Of a stretch of 64,000 nt of DNA, positions 62,181 through 64,000 are shown in pieces (the first letter of the stretch is position 1; each line of letters starts with the position of its first letter). Position numbers and translations under genes: made by a program. The notes beneath the pieces are model-generated. The model did not search any database, was not told where the DNA came from, and saw nothing but the letters and a program-made list of their open reading frames with translations. This stretch comes from Alkalispirochaeta sp. (lineage in GTDB: Bacteria > Spirochaetota > Spirochaetia > DSM-27196 > Alkalispirochaetaceae): contig OZ271854.1 in assembly GCA_965601925.1 (NCBI GenBank), positions 3,968,001 to 4,032,000 on the forward strand. The letters run 5' to 3'.

Positions 62181-63161
62181 TCAACGCGCAAGATAGTAAA
62201 TCGACTCGTCCGGGACCGAACCGCCCACTGCACGGGGATCGAATGTCGCGAGAATACGAAAAAACGCGTCGAGTTCTTCTTGGGCGTCCGACGATGCGAG
62301 ATACCGCGCGTTGAACCGCCCAAGCGCGGCTTCGACGATCGCCGGCGAGATTCCCAAGGCGCTCCACGCCGGCGCCAATGTGTCGTCGAGCGGCGAGGTG
62401 AGAATGCGATCCCACCCCGACTCCACAACGTCGAGCGCCTCGGCGATCGCCTCGGGGTGGTCGTCGGCAAAATCGCGGCGGACCACGACGGCGGTTTGGG
62501 GATACGCCGCGCCGTAGAAGCGCCTCCATTCCGACTGGACGTCGAGAAGCACCGACAGATCGTCGCGTCGCGACAACACCTGCGTGACAAAGGGTTCGGG
62601 GAGCATCGCGAGCGACACCTCGCCGGCGGCGACCAGTTGGGCGAGTTCGACGTGACCGTACCCGTACTCGATGGTAAGCTCATCGTCGGGATCGATACCG
62701 TTGCGGTCAAGGAGGTGGCGCAGGATGATATCGGGATTGGCGCCGCGCGCAATGGAGTGAATCTCGCGCCCCCTGAGATCGGTCCACTCGTCGATCGCGG
62801 TATCGGTGCCGACGACGTACAGAACGCCCCAGAGCGTCACCGCGGCGATCTGGACCGGAACGCCCCGACCGTGGAGCTGGGCGACGACGTTCGACGGGAG
62901 CATTCCGACCTGCGCTTCGCCGCTTGCCAGGCGCGCCACCATGACGCCGGGCTCGGGAACCACTTCCACGGCGATGCGCGTCCGTTGCCCGAGAATCGGT
63001 TGTTCCGCCAGGGCGGGCGCCATTCCGACGCCGGTGGGGCCACGCAGCGTAGCGATGGTGACATCCACGAGGCCGTCCGATTCGGCGTGATCGTCGGCAC
63101 CGAGCAATAGAACCGAAAAAACAAGCAGAAAAATGCAGAGTGTGCTTTTGGTGTGTCTCAT
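62181..63161 (-). CDS. NitT/TauT-type ABC substrate-binding protein
   Basis: Signal peptide, LRGPTG.G, LPEPF. Confidence 0.8.
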   Translation of the reverse strand: MRHTKSTLCIFLLVFSVLLLGADDHAESDGLVDVTIATLRGPTGVGMAPALAEQPILGQRTRIAVEVVPEPGVMVARLASGEAQVGMLPSNVVAQLHGRGVPVQIAAVTLWGVLYVVGTDTAIDEWTDLRGREIHSIARGANPDIILRHLLDRNGIDPDDELTIEYGYGHVELAQLVAAGEVSLAMLPEPFVTQVLSRRDDLSVLLDVQSEWRRFYGAAYPQTAVVVRRDFADDHPEAIAEALDVVESGWDRILTSPLDDTLAPAWSALGISPAIVEAALGRFNARYLASSDAQEELDAFFRILATFDPRAVGGSVPDESIYYLAR

Positions 63162-63212
63162 ATCCTTACCCCCGTTTCGAGAGTGCCCGACGTTCTACCG
63201 CCGCAGCGTCTT

Positions 63213-64000
63213 CTATTCCAGGCCGACGGCGCTCATGAGGCGCGGACGCTCCCACCCTTCGATCGCGGCCTGCTGGAGCGTCTTTGCTCGATCCGCGTCG
63301 TTGAGCATCACCGCCCCATGAAGACGGCCTTCGGTGTTCCAATAGAATGCGTAGTATCGCGTGTCGATTTCAAACTCATCGATATAATAATCCCACGGCT
63401 CGCGAGGCTTGCGTATCGAAAAAAGATACTGGTCGAACGCCTCGCACTTGAGTCGGTAGGACGTGGCGGCACGTACCGCCGCGCCTCCGGCGGCGTTGAT
63501 GCCCGCGACGCGCCCTTGGTCCTCGGCATCGTGCCACAGATGGCTCACTCGGCCTCCCGCGTGCTCGGCGCACTCACCGGCGGCATAAATCACCTCATCG
63601 CTCGTCCGCATGGATTCGTCTACCTTGATTCCGCGCCCTATCTCGACTCCGGCTTCGGCGGCGATCCCGGAGCGCGGCACGACGCCGATACAGAAGACGA
63701 CCATGTCGTACTGCGCGGAGTGTTTCAGCATCTCGACGTTCCAACTGCGCTTCTTGTTCTCCTCGAAGGAGAGTATCTCCTCTTGAAAAAGAAGCTTGAC
63801 GCCGCTGCGGATGAGGACGTCTTCCAGAATTTCACCGCCCCGCGCGTTAAGCTGCCGCGGCATGAGCTGCGGCGTCGCACCGGCGAGGGTAACGTGTTTA
63901 CCCATCTGCCGAAGCTGACTTGCCAATTCGACGGCGAGCACTCCCATTCCGGCGATGAGTACGGAGGCGACTTTTGAAGCGCGGCGACGAATATGTTCAC
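63213..64000 (-). CDS. NAD(P)/FAD-dependent oxidoreductase (5'-partial)
   Basis: VLIAGMGVLAVE, IGVVP, VDE.MRTS...YAAGECA; frame runs off the window. Confidence 0.85.
   Translation of the reverse strand, partial: EHIRRRASKVASVLIAGMGVLAVELASQLRQMGKHVTLAGATPQLMPRQLNARGGEILEDVLIRSGVKLLFQEEILSFEENKKRSWNVEMLKHSAQYDMVVFCIGVVPRSGIAAEAGVEIGRGIKVDESMRTSDEVIYAAGECAEHAGGRVSHLWHDAEDQGRVAGINAAGGAAVRAATSYRLKCEAFDQYLFSIRKPREPWDYYIDEFEIDTRYYAFYWNTEGRLHGAVMLNDADRAKTLQQAAIEGWERPRLMSAVGLE

Noticed and set aside
62117..62752. Long N-terminal extension of SOD
   Set aside because: Alternative frame of the SBP gene; a strong SD sits before ATG 62116

Overview
GC-rich bacterial chromosomal segment, most likely from a free-living spirochaete (Spirochaetaceae-like), judged from gene content and order. 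The left part is housekeeping: citG/citX, carAB, tRNA-Glu/Gln, apt, a MinD-like ATPase, tsaD, and a Borrelia-like flgF-flgG-flgJ-rpoS locus with a near-perfect sigma54 promoter in front of the sigma factor. After tRNA-Thr come accessory blocks: a sulfur-assimilation cluster (ABC importer, cysM, osmC, metZ, CymR-like Rrf2), a Liv-type ABC importer with UroD-like and shikimate-kinase-like genes, a SatD + DUF3307-like pair preceded by three GAAC-N7-GTTC palindromes at an exact 29-bp period, efflux/regulator genes, an MCP, a LacI/GH13 sugar ABC operon, and a six-gene surface locus (OMP, FecR, EP-repeat lipoprotein, two paralogous GT-A-like proteins). The right end is housekeeping and stress genes (gpmA, sufS, sodA). 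I saw no CRISPR array, rRNA, integrase or transposase. All calls come from motif recognition by eye; no searches were run.
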